The notes under the pieces are model-generated. The model saw nothing but the letters and a program-made list of their open reading frames with translations. It made no database searches and was not told the origin of the DNA. Shown one piece after another: positions 32,901 through 45,049 of a DNA stretch of 64,000 nt. Origin of the DNA: Macrostomum lignano (lineage: Eukaryota). The first letter of the stretch is position 1. Every line of letters starts with the position of its first letter. The stretch covers positions 1 through 64,000 of the forward strand of contig NIVC01002760.1 in assembly GCA_002269645.1 (NCBI GenBank), in the 5' to 3' direction. A program made the position numbers and the translations under genes.

Positions 32901-34497
32901 GCTACCTGGGAGTGCGCCTCGACGACCAGCTCGCATTCAACAAACAGGGGGCCGACGTCCGCGCTCGTATGTGCGCTCGGCGCCGTCCGCTTGCGGCGCT
33001 AGCCAACCGCAGCACCGGAGCCGACCACCATACGCTGAGAGCCGCCTACGTCAGCACTGTCAGGGCTGTCGCCGACTACGCCGCGGGCACCTGGCTCTGC
33101 GGGGCAGCCCCCTCAACAAGGCACTCCATCGAGCGTCAACAGGCTGCCTGTGCCAGGATCATCACAGGCTGCATCCTACCTTCGGACACGCGAAGCGTTC
33201 TCCGTCTTGCCGAGCTCCCACCGGTCAGCCACGTCGCCTCCGAAAGAGCCGCCCGCCTCCGGGAAAGGATCCTGAGATTGGGCCCAGGCGCAGCAGCACA
33301 CGAACCTGCTACCAGGAGCACGCGCCCGAGGCTGAAGAACCGCACCTACGAGGCTGGGCAGAGGAGACCAACGACAACGGACGCCCAAATTGACACGCCC
33401 CACATCGACCTCAGAGACACTAGGCGCCCTTTCCGCAACTGCTGGCGCCGAGCGGCACTAGAGATGCCAGCCAGCGTCGATCTCGACCAGTACATCAGAG
33501 ACGACATATGTAGTCCCGGTATCGCTCCCTGGGAGGCACACACGGACAGAATCCGGTTCTGTCTGGAGGCAGCCTCGAGGTGCAGCAAATCGGACCCGTC
33601 CGCCGACCGGAACGCAGCCGCCCGCGACACCCTGGAGGACCTACCTGAAGCAGACATCAACATTTGGACGGACGGCTCCGTTGCCGACGGCACAGGGCCA
33701 GGAGGCAGCGCCGCCATCATCGGTACTAACCTGGTGACCTTCGTCCGGAAGAGCCCAGCTGGCCGCTTCTGCAGCTCATTCGACGCTGAGATGCGCGCTA
33801 TCAAAGACGCCCTCACCTTTGTCGCGGAGAAGATCGCCCCTCGCGCAGCCCGCATCCGGCTGTGCAGCGACTCGCTATCGTCGCTCACGGCCCTGCAAGC
33901 GGGCCCCCTAGATCAGCGCACCGAGAGTGGCCTCTCCTGCTGGCGTTTCCTCATCAGCCTGGGCACCTGCGACCTCAATGATATTGACCTCGCCTGGGTC
34001 CCTGCCCACTGCGGCATACCCGCTAACGAAGCCGCGGACAGAGCTGCGAACGCCGCAGCCCGCTTGCCGCAAACCACGGCTGCCATTTCGCTGGGCGCTG
34101 CCAAGGCTGCCATCCGCCGTGACCGCCGTGCGCTGGACGACAGCGCTATGCCCCCGGCCTGGCCAACCTTCCACGCTAGAAGCCGGACCGAGCACACGGC
34201 GGTCTGCCAACTCCGAGCCGGTGCCTCAATGCTCGCCGCCGAGGTCCGACACCGTTTCGGCCTGACGGACTCCCCGCTCTGCCAGGACTGCGGGGCACCG
34301 GACTCGAGCCTGCACGCGATCTACAGCTGCCCGAGGGGGGACGCGCACCGCACTCGCCTGGTCGGCACTGAAGTGGAGCGCCTCCTTACCGAACCGGGCT
34401 TGGCCCTCTCGCTCCTCCGGAACATGGGGCGTTGGCCCCCGTCTATTTCGGCGCCGCCGCGCCGCTGACGAGCGCATGAGAAGAAAGAAAAAAGAAA
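29865..34497 (+). mobile_element. Full-length non-LTR retrotransposon (I-group/Ingi-like) with a single ORF: APE, RT, RNase H and C-terminal CCHC
   Basis: ILQFNCNG, LLQETKL, VAGDFNAH, SDHLPI (APE); KAPGPDG, YRPVALTS, QAGFR, DFSRAYD, PQGSVLAP, LYADD (RT); WTDGS, CSDSLS, WVPAHCGIPANEAAD (RNase H); CQDC...H...C. A-rich 3' tail, flanked by (GCA)n on both sides. Confidence 0.95.
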
Positions 34498-35324
34498 GCA
34501 GCAGCAGCGATAGCAGGGGCAGAATTGCAAGTTCAGTTGCCGCGTGACGCATTGTTTTGTCCATCGGATTTTCTATTTCCTATATAGCGAATTAGGCAAT
34601 TGTAAATCTTATTTAATGCACCAATTAATAAATGTAGCAATATACTAAACTATTGATGAACTACTTCTAATAGTAACTTTAGCCACTGCTGTAGAAGTTC
34701 TGTAAAAGCGGCTTTCAAATAAAGAGACAACAACGAGATTTACCGCGGTTGTCTGGCAACGTGAGAGAATTCAAATCTACGATATGTAGCTATTATAAGA
34801 AATAGATGTATGTGTTAATATTAACCTTTAGTCAAAACCACACCTGTTAGTTATGCAAACAGTAGGCAAGCAAGGACTGTTTTTGTATTCTAATGATAAA
34901 ATAATTGGACGCTAAGACTCAGGCCAATTTTGTTTTTTTCGCAAAAAAACGATTGAATAGAATATTTATAGGCAACAAGCAGTTGTCGCTAAAATAATAA
35001 TTGTAGCAAAATATGTTTTTCTAAAGTTTCAATTTTGCAAAAACAACCAATTAGCATAATAATTTTCGACAGCTAGCTAAATTGTAGGCAATTCATTTTT
35101 TCAGATTTTTGCAGAAACATTGTTCTAATCGATTGAAGATTTTCATTATTTTTTTTCCTTTATTATTCATGTTTACGAAATGAGTTCTCAATCTTCTCAT
35201 TCATTGACACCTTCTGTTTGCTACTTTTACCGACGCAAAACCAACTGCTCACAGCAAGAGATCAAGTATATGCATTTTTCATGGTTTTTAAGAGACAGAG
35301 AAAGAAAATGGGGCAAGTTACAAA

Positions 35325-37070
35325 GGGGGTGCCAGCTACAGAGGGGGGCGCCAGCTACAGAGGGGGGCGCCAGCTACAGAGGGGCGCCAGCTACAGAGGA
35401 GGCACCAGCTACAGAAGGGGGTGCCAGCTGCAGAAGGGGGGCGCCAGTTACAAAGGGGTCGCCAGCTACAGAGGGGGGCGCCAGCTACAGAGGGGGGCGC
35501 CAGCTACAGAAGGGGAGCGCCAGCTACAGAAGGGCGCCAGCTACAGAGGGGCGCCAGCTACAGAAGGGAGCGCCAGCTACAGAAGAGCGCCAGCTATAGA
35601 GAGGAGGCACCAGCTACAGAAGGGAGCGCCAGCTGCAGAAGGGGGGCGCCAGTTACAAAGGGGGCGCCAGCTACAGAGGGGGGCGCCAGCTACAGAGGGG
35701 CGCCAGCTAAAGAGGAGGCACCAGCTACAGAAGGGGGCGCCAGCTGCAGAAGGGGGGCGCCAGTTACAAAGGGGGCGCCAGCTACAGAGGGGGGCGCCAG
35801 CTACAGAGGGGCGCCAGCTAAAGAGGAGGCACCAGCTACAGAAGGGGGTGCCAGCTGCAGAAGGGGGGCGCCAGTTACAAAGGGGGCGCCAGTTACAGAG
35901 GGGGCGCCAGCTACAGAGGGGGGCGCCAGCTACAGAGGGGGCGCCAGATACAGAAGGGCGCCAGCTATAGAGAGGAGGCACCAGCTACAGAAGGGGGCGC
36001 CAGCTGCAGAAGGGGGCGCCAGTTACAGAGGGGGCGCCAGCTACAGAGGGGGCGCCAGCTAAAGAAGGGGGCGCCAGCTGCAGAAGGGGGGCGCCAGCTA
36101 CAGAAGGGGAGCGCCAGCTACAGAGGGGCGCCAGCTAAAGAGGAGGCACCAGCTACAGAAGGGGGTGCCAGCTGCAGAAGGGGGGCGCCAGTTACAAAGG
36201 GGGCGCCAGCTACAGAGGGGGCGCCAGCTACAGAGGGGGGCGCCAGCTACAGAGGGGGCGCCAGATACAGAAGGGCGCCAGCTAAAGAGGAGGCACCAGC
36301 TACAGAAGGGGGTGCCAGCTGCAGAAGGGGGGCGCCAGTTACAAAGGGGGCGTTAGCTACAGAGGGGGCGCCAGCTACAGAGGGGGCGCCAGATACAGAA
36401 GGGCGCCAGCTAAAGAGGAGGCACCAGCTACAGAAGGGGGTGCCAGCTGCAGAAGGGGGGCGCCAGTTACAAAGGGGGCGCCAGCTACAGAGGGGGCGCC
36501 AGCTCGGATGGGCGCCAGCTACGGATGGGCGCCAGCTACAGAAGGGCGCCAGCTGCAGAAGAGCGCCAGCTATAGAGAGGAGGCACCAGCTACAGAAGGG
36601 GGCGCCAGCTGCAGAAGGGGGCGCCAGTTACAGAGGGGGCGCCAGCTACAGAGGGGGCGCCAGCTAAAGAAGGGGGCGCCAGCTGCAGAAGGGGGGCGCC
36701 AGCTACAGAAGGGGAGCGCCAGCTACAGAGGGACGCCAGCTACAGAAGGGCGCCAGCTATAGAGAGGAGGCTCCAGCTACAGAAGGGGGCGCCAGCTGCA
36801 GAAGGGGGGCGCCAGTTACAAAGGGGGCGCCAGCTACAGAGGGGGGCGCCAGCTACTGAGGTGCGCCAGCTATCGAAGGGTGCCAGCTATAGAGAGGGGG
36901 CACCAGCTAAAGAAGGGGGCGCCAGCTGCAGAAGGGGGCGCCAGTTACAGAGGGTCGCCAGCTACAGAGGGGGCGCCAGCTATAGAGAGGAGGCACCAGC
37001 TACAGAAGGGGGTGCCAGCTACAGAATGGGGCGCGAGCTACAGAGGGGCTACAGAGGGGCTACAGAGGGC
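35325..37070. repeat. GC-rich GCGCCAGCTACAGAGGGG-type minisatellite (16-20-bp units)
   Basis: Degenerate tandem array that generates many spurious ORFs. Confidence 0.93.
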
Positions 37071-37901
37071 TAGTTTTTGTGGTGGTGCCAAAAATACTTC
37101 GTATAAAGGGAAATACCATGCATGAAGAAATGTTTCTGCATAACGGATAATTAGATGAGCTTGTATAGATATTTATTTTTTTTGTTCTGCGAAATTGCTA
37201 GAAACTGGTTTTGAGAAATTATTTATTATTCTGAAATACGGTAGACTCAAATCGAAATTCGAAAAGTAACTATAAATATGTATTGTTAGAGGATTTTGTT
37301 AGTTTTTTTAGCTACAGATAAACTCTTTTAAACCTTTTAAAACACAAAAGAATAAAAAAACTGTAAACAGGAAAAATTGGGAAAAGCAACTCAAGGTTAT
37401 TTTATCTACGAAAAAGTAAATTGGCATTTTACTAGTCATATAGCTTGCGTATCGTCTTTTCTATTTCATGCGCCCTCCGTCATTGTTCACTTTTTGATTG
37501 GCTTCCAGTCCCGAGAATTCTGCTCTTTCCCATGATCATATACTGCACAAAAAAACTCGTATTGAAATAATAAGTTGCGATTTTTTCCCGATTTTTGGGG
37601 CAGAGATTTCTCCTAGCTAATTGTTTGTTCTTCTCAGAGTAAAATGGCGCCTGATGGCACGCCAAAGACCTGCATTTCACCACTAATTTAAGAAAGACTG
37701 CTTTTCTTTGGGTAAAACTTTGACAGGAGATCAAGCGTTTGCTAATAAACTACTGGGAGAAAACATAGTCTCCCCCAAACTCAAACTTAGAGATCTCGCG
37801 AGAATTGAGCCTTTCCTCGCGAACCCAACTGTAGTTAGTAAAAAATATATAGTTTGCTTGAATAGGTGCAGTTCGATTAAAATATGAGCTAATATCAAAG
37901 A

Positions 37902-40900
37902 TCAATCGCGGCTGCTATTCTGATTGAGCGCCAGCTGCTCTAACTTGCTAATAATTTTGCTCAAATCCTTTTTTCTCTGCTTATGACGCTCGGACCGCTG
38001 CTTTTTTCGATTGGCGCGGTTTTCCTCGATGGCTTCAACTTTGGTCTCCAGCCGCTGCAGGCATTCCTGCAATTCGCGAACTGTCGCAGCCGAAACATTC
38101 TCCGTGTGAGCCATGAGGATGTCCGTGTCGCTTTTGTTTCGCGTCACCTCCAGCGAAAGACTTGGCCGAATGCTGCGCAGTTGAGTGGCTTGGAACTTCA
38201 GAAACTCCCTATACTCATCCGGATACTCTGATGGAAACCAGTAGAAACAGGTCTGAAAAATGAGTTAAACATATGGAATTAGAGATTGAGTTAGATTGCA
38301 AAGGATAGTAGTTTACTTGTGCTACGTTAACAGACCTTGCCTGAAGCAACCTTGTTCTTTTTCTGCGCAATTCGCTTGCAGCACCAGAGGCAAATTCTAA
38401 TTGGATACTCCAAAAATGAAAACGGCGGAGGCAGGAAGCTGATGTTTTTGTACTCTTGCAGCATCTCATAGTAAGTAGTTCGCCAAATTCCGAGAGCTTT
38501 ACTGTGCATCTTGATCACAGTTAGGTTGAATCGAGCGATCAGCAAGTTCAACATGACAATATTTGAAAGAATCAAAAATATGAACAGCATTAGATTGTTA
38601 AACCAGCGATTTCCGACTGCGTGAGCGATACTTCCAACGGTCTGGCTTTTTTCGGCATCAGCAGATTCGAAGCCAGTTCTGTCGAAGTTTGTGAACATCA
38701 AGTTCAACGGCATTGTGATGATCTGCAACGCAGCGTTCAGCTGATACTCCGTTGTGTTCGTCGAGGATGCCATTGCCGTGACCGCTGGGAACAGCAAGTT
38801 GAAGAAGAACACTCCGAATGAGTAGAAAATCACCAAGATAATCAAAAGGAAAGGAAACAGATCCTGGATGATAAGACTTCTCAGCATCGAGATCACCGGT
38901 CCGATACGCTGGAAGCGGTTGAAGAAGGAAACTGATCGGAATCCCCAGAGCAGGAACGATGAGCTCAGAATCATCTGACACGTGTATTGTACTTGTATCG
39001 GAACCAAGGGCTCGTTAGTCAGCCCCCGTGCCGCATTTGCTTGAATGAATTTGCCGCTAGAGATAACGCAAAGGCCTGGAGCACGCGGATTACCGGGAAG
39101 GCAGCCCCACATAAGCAATTTCAGCACCAGGCCTGCCCACATGAACAGCAAAGCAAGACAATCGAAGAAGTTGAACGTATCTCTTACGTACACCGGACAG
39201 TGCCTGGTACCGCAAGCCGTGTAAACGTTAACAACTTTGCTACGTCGAAGAAACTCGGTGAACTCCTGCATAGTGAGAGAGGCGGCATACGCTACTAGGA
39301 CGAGGTCAGGCGGCCAGTATTGAAACGTCTTAGGAAAATCTGTGACGTACCAAGCGAAGTAAATCATGAAGGCAATGAAAGAGGCAAAGTGAAAGCCGAA
39401 GCGCAAGTTCGCAGTAAAATTGGTGCCTCGACACCTGCGGCCACCTTTGTCCCCTCTTAGCTTACTGCTCCAGTTCTTCTGAACCAGGTGGTACACGCAG
39501 TCAGTAGCGAACAGGTCGTTAATGGCAGCGTCCTCAATCATCTCCATCACGGTGCAATATTTCACTTTGCCTTCTTTAGCGGCTGGTCGGCAAGGAAATT
39601 TTGGTCCCTGCTTTTCGCGCGGCGCATCTTCACTTGGAAGTTTTCCTCTCATGTATTTCATTAGGAGGCGTTTTCCGTTCCTGTCAGCATTGTTGTAAAG
39701 GCCGTCTAGCGCGTTCACTGTGATACCCGTGACTTTGTTGTACAGCCCCAACAGTTTCTCCTGTCCAACCTTACCCTTCGATCGATACACCATTGTCTTA
39801 AGGCGAATGAGCAGACTGACGCAAGCTGGGATCAACTCAAACTGCCTGGTTAGAAGAAGGTCGGGCAATATTTCTTCTTTTATTTTGCGCTTCTCAAACT
39901 CAAAGACGGCCGCATCAATTATCGATAGCTCACAGTGGGCATCGCTTAGTTCCTCGCCACTGAACAGTCCTTCGTACCCAGTAGAGTTCTCGAGGTGCTT
40001 CAACAGAAGCCGTTCTTCTTTGTCAGTTATTTTATTCAAACAGAACGCACTGCGAAGTACATTCGAATTGTCCATTTCAAACGCTTCAATCAGGAGCGCC
40101 AAACTTGATCCATGCCCGGCTAGCTTTGATTTTTCAGTAGTGTCCTTGCAAACCTGCCGGGCCGTGGACCGGTCAGGAAGCGCGAGTGCCCTCTTCGCCG
40201 GGTCAATGAGTCTCCAGAGTTCTGCGCCTTCAATTTTAATCTTCAAAGTACTTAGGTTTCGCTCGATTTGATCAATAGTGTAATTTTCTAACGCAAACCC
40301 AATGCAGGACCAGCCACTGTCCGTTTCGGCTGAGAGCTGCAGCTGCTCGTCAATGAGGTACTTGATGTTGGCTTTGTGCTCCGCCTTGCAAGCAAAGTGC
40401 AGGCAGGTGGCACCTTTGTGCATGCCGCCAGGCACCGTGAGATGCAGCAGGTCGCGGCCCGGCATTCTCAACAGCTTTTCCAGCGGGCCAATTAAGTTTT
40501 TCAGCTCTAGTTTTGCAGAAAAAATATGAATTGCGTGCAGGCCATTTGAGTTTGAAAGAAGTTGCAAAAAAAGCTCTTTGTCACTGCGCGATCCTTTATC
40601 GGAGCAATGTTGTAAAATAGCTTTAATCGGTACTAAATCATTGGCTGCCATCAGGAAATTATGACCTATAATGTCTACAGCATGCGAATCAACATTGCAT
40701 TCTTTTAGAAACCTAATGGCTGCCAAATAGCTTGCTGCCTCACTGTCCTGAAAGCGAGTGTAGGGTTGAAACAAGGAGTGCAGCAGTGTACTTTCTTCAG
40801 AGTCAACTGCACTCAAAAGCGAGCTCAGAGCACTATTCTTGGCCAAGGTTGAAGCCTTCGCCTTTCCACTAATTTTTAACGCGGTCATTAGCTTTTGAAA

Positions 40901-43393
40901 AATCTTGACATTCTTGATTGCGAAATGAAGTACGGATTGACCTTCGTTGTTTCGCCAGAAGAGACATTCTGCACGCTCATTCACTAATGAAAATGCGTCA
41001 GATTCCATGTCAACACTGCCGATAGCAGCGATGTGAGCCCAGGTGTTCCCCCACGAGTCTCGGTGGGAAAAAGAGTCGCCACGAAGACTAAAAATGTCGG
41101 TTAAGAACGCCTTGGCCACTTCTGACTTGCATACTCGGACAGCAACTTGCAGCAGAGTTATACCATCGCCGTTCTCCCAACTCAAACAGTTAGTACCAAA
41201 CTTCTGAAAGGCAGAGCAAATCGCTCGTGATTTCTCCTTTTCTCCGTTTGTTTCGTTTCTTTCTTCATCTTGTGCAGTTTTGGTTTGCTCTGCATTGTTT
41301 TCTGTGTCCTCTTGCATTGAGTCCTGCATCACCTCCGAGGCCGGTTGCCGCTGCTGAATTTGTTTCACACTTTCAGTCTCATCTGCTAAAATTTTATCAT
41401 AGCATTCCGACATGCGCATCAGCTTCTTTGTCGAATCGGTCAGGTCCCAACGATAGACGGTGTAGCCTTCAGAAATCCATACAAGTCTTTCTGCTGAATT
41501 ATTGGAAGACTCGGCAATGTCAAGAACAGTGCGATCCAGATTATTTTTCCACTTTAGGCATCTTGGTCCGCCGTACTTGTTTAAGGCGAAGATTTCCAAA
41601 GCAGCCGTGGCGTTTCTTGCCAGGCAGTGCATAACGGTGTCGCCATTGTTGTCCCTGAGCTCGATGCAGTCTTGACCAAACCTATCAAACAGTTGCTTCA
41701 TGGTCTGCGCGCTGAAATTCTCTGCCGCCACGTGAAGCACCGTCTTCTTGTCATTGTTCGCCCAAGTCCAGAAATTAGTTTGAAATATGATTCCACGGAT
41801 TCTCTCGCAACACTTTGCGCTGAGCATTACAGATTCCGCTAGCTTATTCTTAGCCAAATAATGCCACAATGTGTTTCCATTGCTATCTACGTCTTTGCGA
41901 CGGTGCTCGTAGTATTTAGGCCCAGCAATTTCCTCAAGTAGTGTCTTGCTACAAGAGTTTTCCGCTAAGAAGTGTAACACCCCTTGATTCTCATTGTTCA
42001 TCCAGGACATTGCAGGAACGAAATCGTCAAGTTTGCACTGTGCTCTCTTGTTCTTTGCCTGGTAGTGAATCACTGTGTTTCCATATTGGTCTTTAAGGCT
42101 GACACTCGATGCTCCTACATGTACTTGACTAGCGCCTTCCTTGAGCTCTTCAAAAGTGCTCTCGCTGCAGTGCTGTGCAGCTATGTGCAGCACAGTTTGT
42201 TTCTCCTTGTTTTCCATCAGCAAAAACTTTTGATTGCAAAACCGTTCGCCGGTTAGAATATTTTCAGCTTTTTCATTTAAAGCCAGACAATGCAAGGCAG
42301 TGTTGCCCTCACGGTCTTTAGACACTATAACTTCATCCGGAGCGTGTTCGAATAGTTTCCACAGAGTTCCCTGGTCATAGACGTTAGCAGCCGCTATGTG
42401 CAGAACTGTCTCGTCTGATTGATTCCTCCAGCCAATCCAATCGTACTTATCGTTCGGCAATAGAAGCTGTTTGCTGAGACTCTTAAAAACGTCAAATGTG
42501 GCGTTTTTATTTTTTGCCAGGCAGTGAAAGATGCCTTTGATTTCGTCGTCTGAAAGCTGAATGCCCGACTTGCTCACTAGGCTCTTCAAGGTGTCTGCTC
42601 TGCAGTGCTCAGCTGCAATGTCGAACACATTCTTCGAATCGTTGTTCCTATACCTCAAGCAAGCTTTCGGAGATTTACCGGCACTGCGAATGATGTCTAT
42701 TGCGTCCAGCAACAATGATGAGCCTTCGACAGCGGCGGCATAGTGCAATACTGTATTGCAGTTCCTATCGAGATGGAAATCCACTATGTACGACTTCAAG
42801 CTGTCGGCGCTCAACACTTCAGCAGCTACTTCGAAAACGGTTGCACCTGTGTTGCTATACGAACGGTCCACTATATCTCGGTACTCTTTACTTTGAAAGA
42901 TTGAGTCAAGAATTTCGCCACCATGAGCTGCATTGCATGCAGCCCAGTGCGCGATATTAAATTTATCTTTATCTGCTTTTAACAATGGCCCAGGATGCTG
43001 CGAGGAGAGAAGGTGCCGAACATTCTTATTAAACTGTTCAGAAGAGTGGTATCGAGCAGACAGATGAAACGGAGTGACGCCGTCTTCATCCTCATCTAGG
43101 AGACAGTTGGCGCCAACGCCAGTCACCAGCAGCTCAAGCAAGGCTTCTCCATCTTCACAACCTGCGGAATAGTGCACTGCCGTTCGGCCCTCAAAATCTA
43201 ATCTCAGATCAACTTTCCTAAGTTGTCCGCGTCTCTCGTTGACAAACGCGATCGCTGCTGAGAACTGACGCGTCCAAGTCAGCCGCAAAAGTTCAGGGGG
43301 GTCGAGACCAAGGGGTGGCTGTGCGTCTTTAGAGCCGTACTCAAGACTGTACTCGATCAGTTTCTTCACTGAGGCATTGCTGGTTTTAGCCAT
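37902..43393 (-). CDS. Ankyrin-repeat TRP-family cation channel (exon 38336-43393, 83-nt intron, exon 37902-38252)
   Basis: Many ankyrin repeats (GRTAVHYSA, GVTPFHLSA, GNTALHCLA, GATCLHFAC) are followed by six TM segments, FNFFDCLA, IGPVISML, NLLIARFN and W...LQEY...FLPPPFSFL. Splicing AAG|GTCTGT...TTTTCAG|ACC adds a coiled-coil exon in frame. Confidence 0.88.
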
Positions 43394-43563
43394 GCTATAG
43401 GTCAGCCCCGGTGTGAAGGCTAGGAGCTCACCTGCAGGATGAAATTGTACAACAATGCGTTAAAAATTTTCATACTTTAATAATAATAATGGATTATTCT
43501 TTATGGCAGCTATTTTCCATAATAAACAACTCATTTTCTTAACTTCTCAAGTAACATATATAT

Positions 43564-44214
43564 AGGACACGACACTCGAAATCTATATGGTAAATGTTTT
43601 GAAGGCCACTTTTCGCCGAAAAATACACTACAGGGATAGGTTTAAATTTTTTCCGCCCAAAAATTGTTATTGCTTTCGATAGGAGAAAGACCCAATGTTC
43701 ATATTTTGATATGTTGTGCCTTCCTTATAGCTTTATTGATATTCATAAAGCTTTTCGTTAAGATAATTAGGATTTTATGCTAATTTTTTATTCTACGAAC
43801 ATTTCCTGCACCCAAAAAACCATAAAAGTGCATGGCACAGGTTTTATGAATTTATTTTATCATCTCTGTTACACATATTGTACACAGTCAGCTAAGAATG
43901 ACAAAATATACTCATAAAACCAATGAGCTGAGCCGTGCCATTTTAATGATTTTTAGGCACAGGAGACACGCAAATTTACGTATAATAATAATTGAACATA
44001 GAATTCTAATTTTTTAAACGAAATGCTTTATAAAATATCGATAGAGGTATAAGAAAGGCACAACATATCAAAAGATGAACATTGGGTCTTTCTCTTATCG
44101 AAAGCAATAACAATCTTTGTGCTGAAAAATTAAAACCTCCTATCCCTGTAGTGTATTTTTCGGCGAAAAGTGGCCTTCAAAACATTTACCATATATTTTG
44201 GAGTGTTGCGTCCT
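43564..44214. mobile_element. Foldback/MITE-like element, copy 2
   Basis: Same long TIRs and internal segment as 23264-23913. Confidence 0.8.
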
Positions 44215-45049
44215 TCTAGTTAAGTTGTCCTTGAATTATTATTAACAGGACCGTTTGATGAGCTTTCACTCGTTGTTAGCTACTCGTTATCACTGTGCAA
44301 TCTTTTTGTGAAAAAATCGCTTCACATTCCTTCGATGCTACTCTTAGTGAGCGATCAGGGACAACTCAAAACACGGAGACTTTTCCACTTTTTTCTGTCT
44401 ACTACCAGTAGCATTATACGAAGCTAATTATTAAAGTCTATCTCAATCAGTGGGCTAGCTTTATTAACCGTAACAGCACAGTGAAAGTTAAGCACTGTTG
44501 GCACCGGTAAGGACGTTGTTAATACTTTTTGTGATCTTGCTTCTTGATTTAAAGGCAAATAAAAATTACTAGAATGGATATATGTGAATAGAAAGACATT
44601 ATGAGGGGTTAGGCTTAGGGTCAGGTTATTCAAAAGTTACAAACGTTTTAACTTTATTGTAGTGTTGTTGAGGGTAGATAGCTCGTGAATAGGCTATTGC
44701 TGCAAGTTGCTACAACAAGCATACAGTTAGGGTGTGAGTGAGATTATAAAAAAGCTGATGTGAACAAAGATGTACAGATTATATAGAATTGTCTCGGGAG
44801 GCCATAATTCTCTGATAATGAAAGGGCATCAATGCAGGTATGAAGCCTGTTTGGTCCTTTAAGTATTGTTGTTTGTTTTCGTCCCGCTTCTAAAGCATTT
44901 CTGTTCGAAAAGCAGGCATTAGAGAAATGGACAGTCTTATTATGAGAACCACTCATAATCACGCCATAGCGTCTCGCACTCGGCAACACTTGCCCAGCGT
45001 AAGGTAAAATTAACTTAAGGTAGCTTAAGGTAAAGAGTCTTAGAGGCTT

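Larger units (their letters stand above)
27504..34552 (-). pseudogene. Intronless M13 (neprilysin/ECE)-like peptidase homolog, frameshifted and interrupted by a LINE in its signal peptide
   Basis: The start MRHAATELAILPLLSLLL (34552-34498) continues after the LINE as LLLL...QSTQPVNS...WMNQSANPCESMYQFAAG (M13 N-terminus). The C-terminus AQLFY...H...FARTFGC...LNRKKKCTYW is at 27504-27758. Several frame changes lie between. Confidence 0.8.

Noticed and set aside
29946-34530. Overlapping and antisense ORFs within the LINE and the TRP gene
   Set aside because: They are shadows of GC-rich or long coding sequence with no recognisable motifs.
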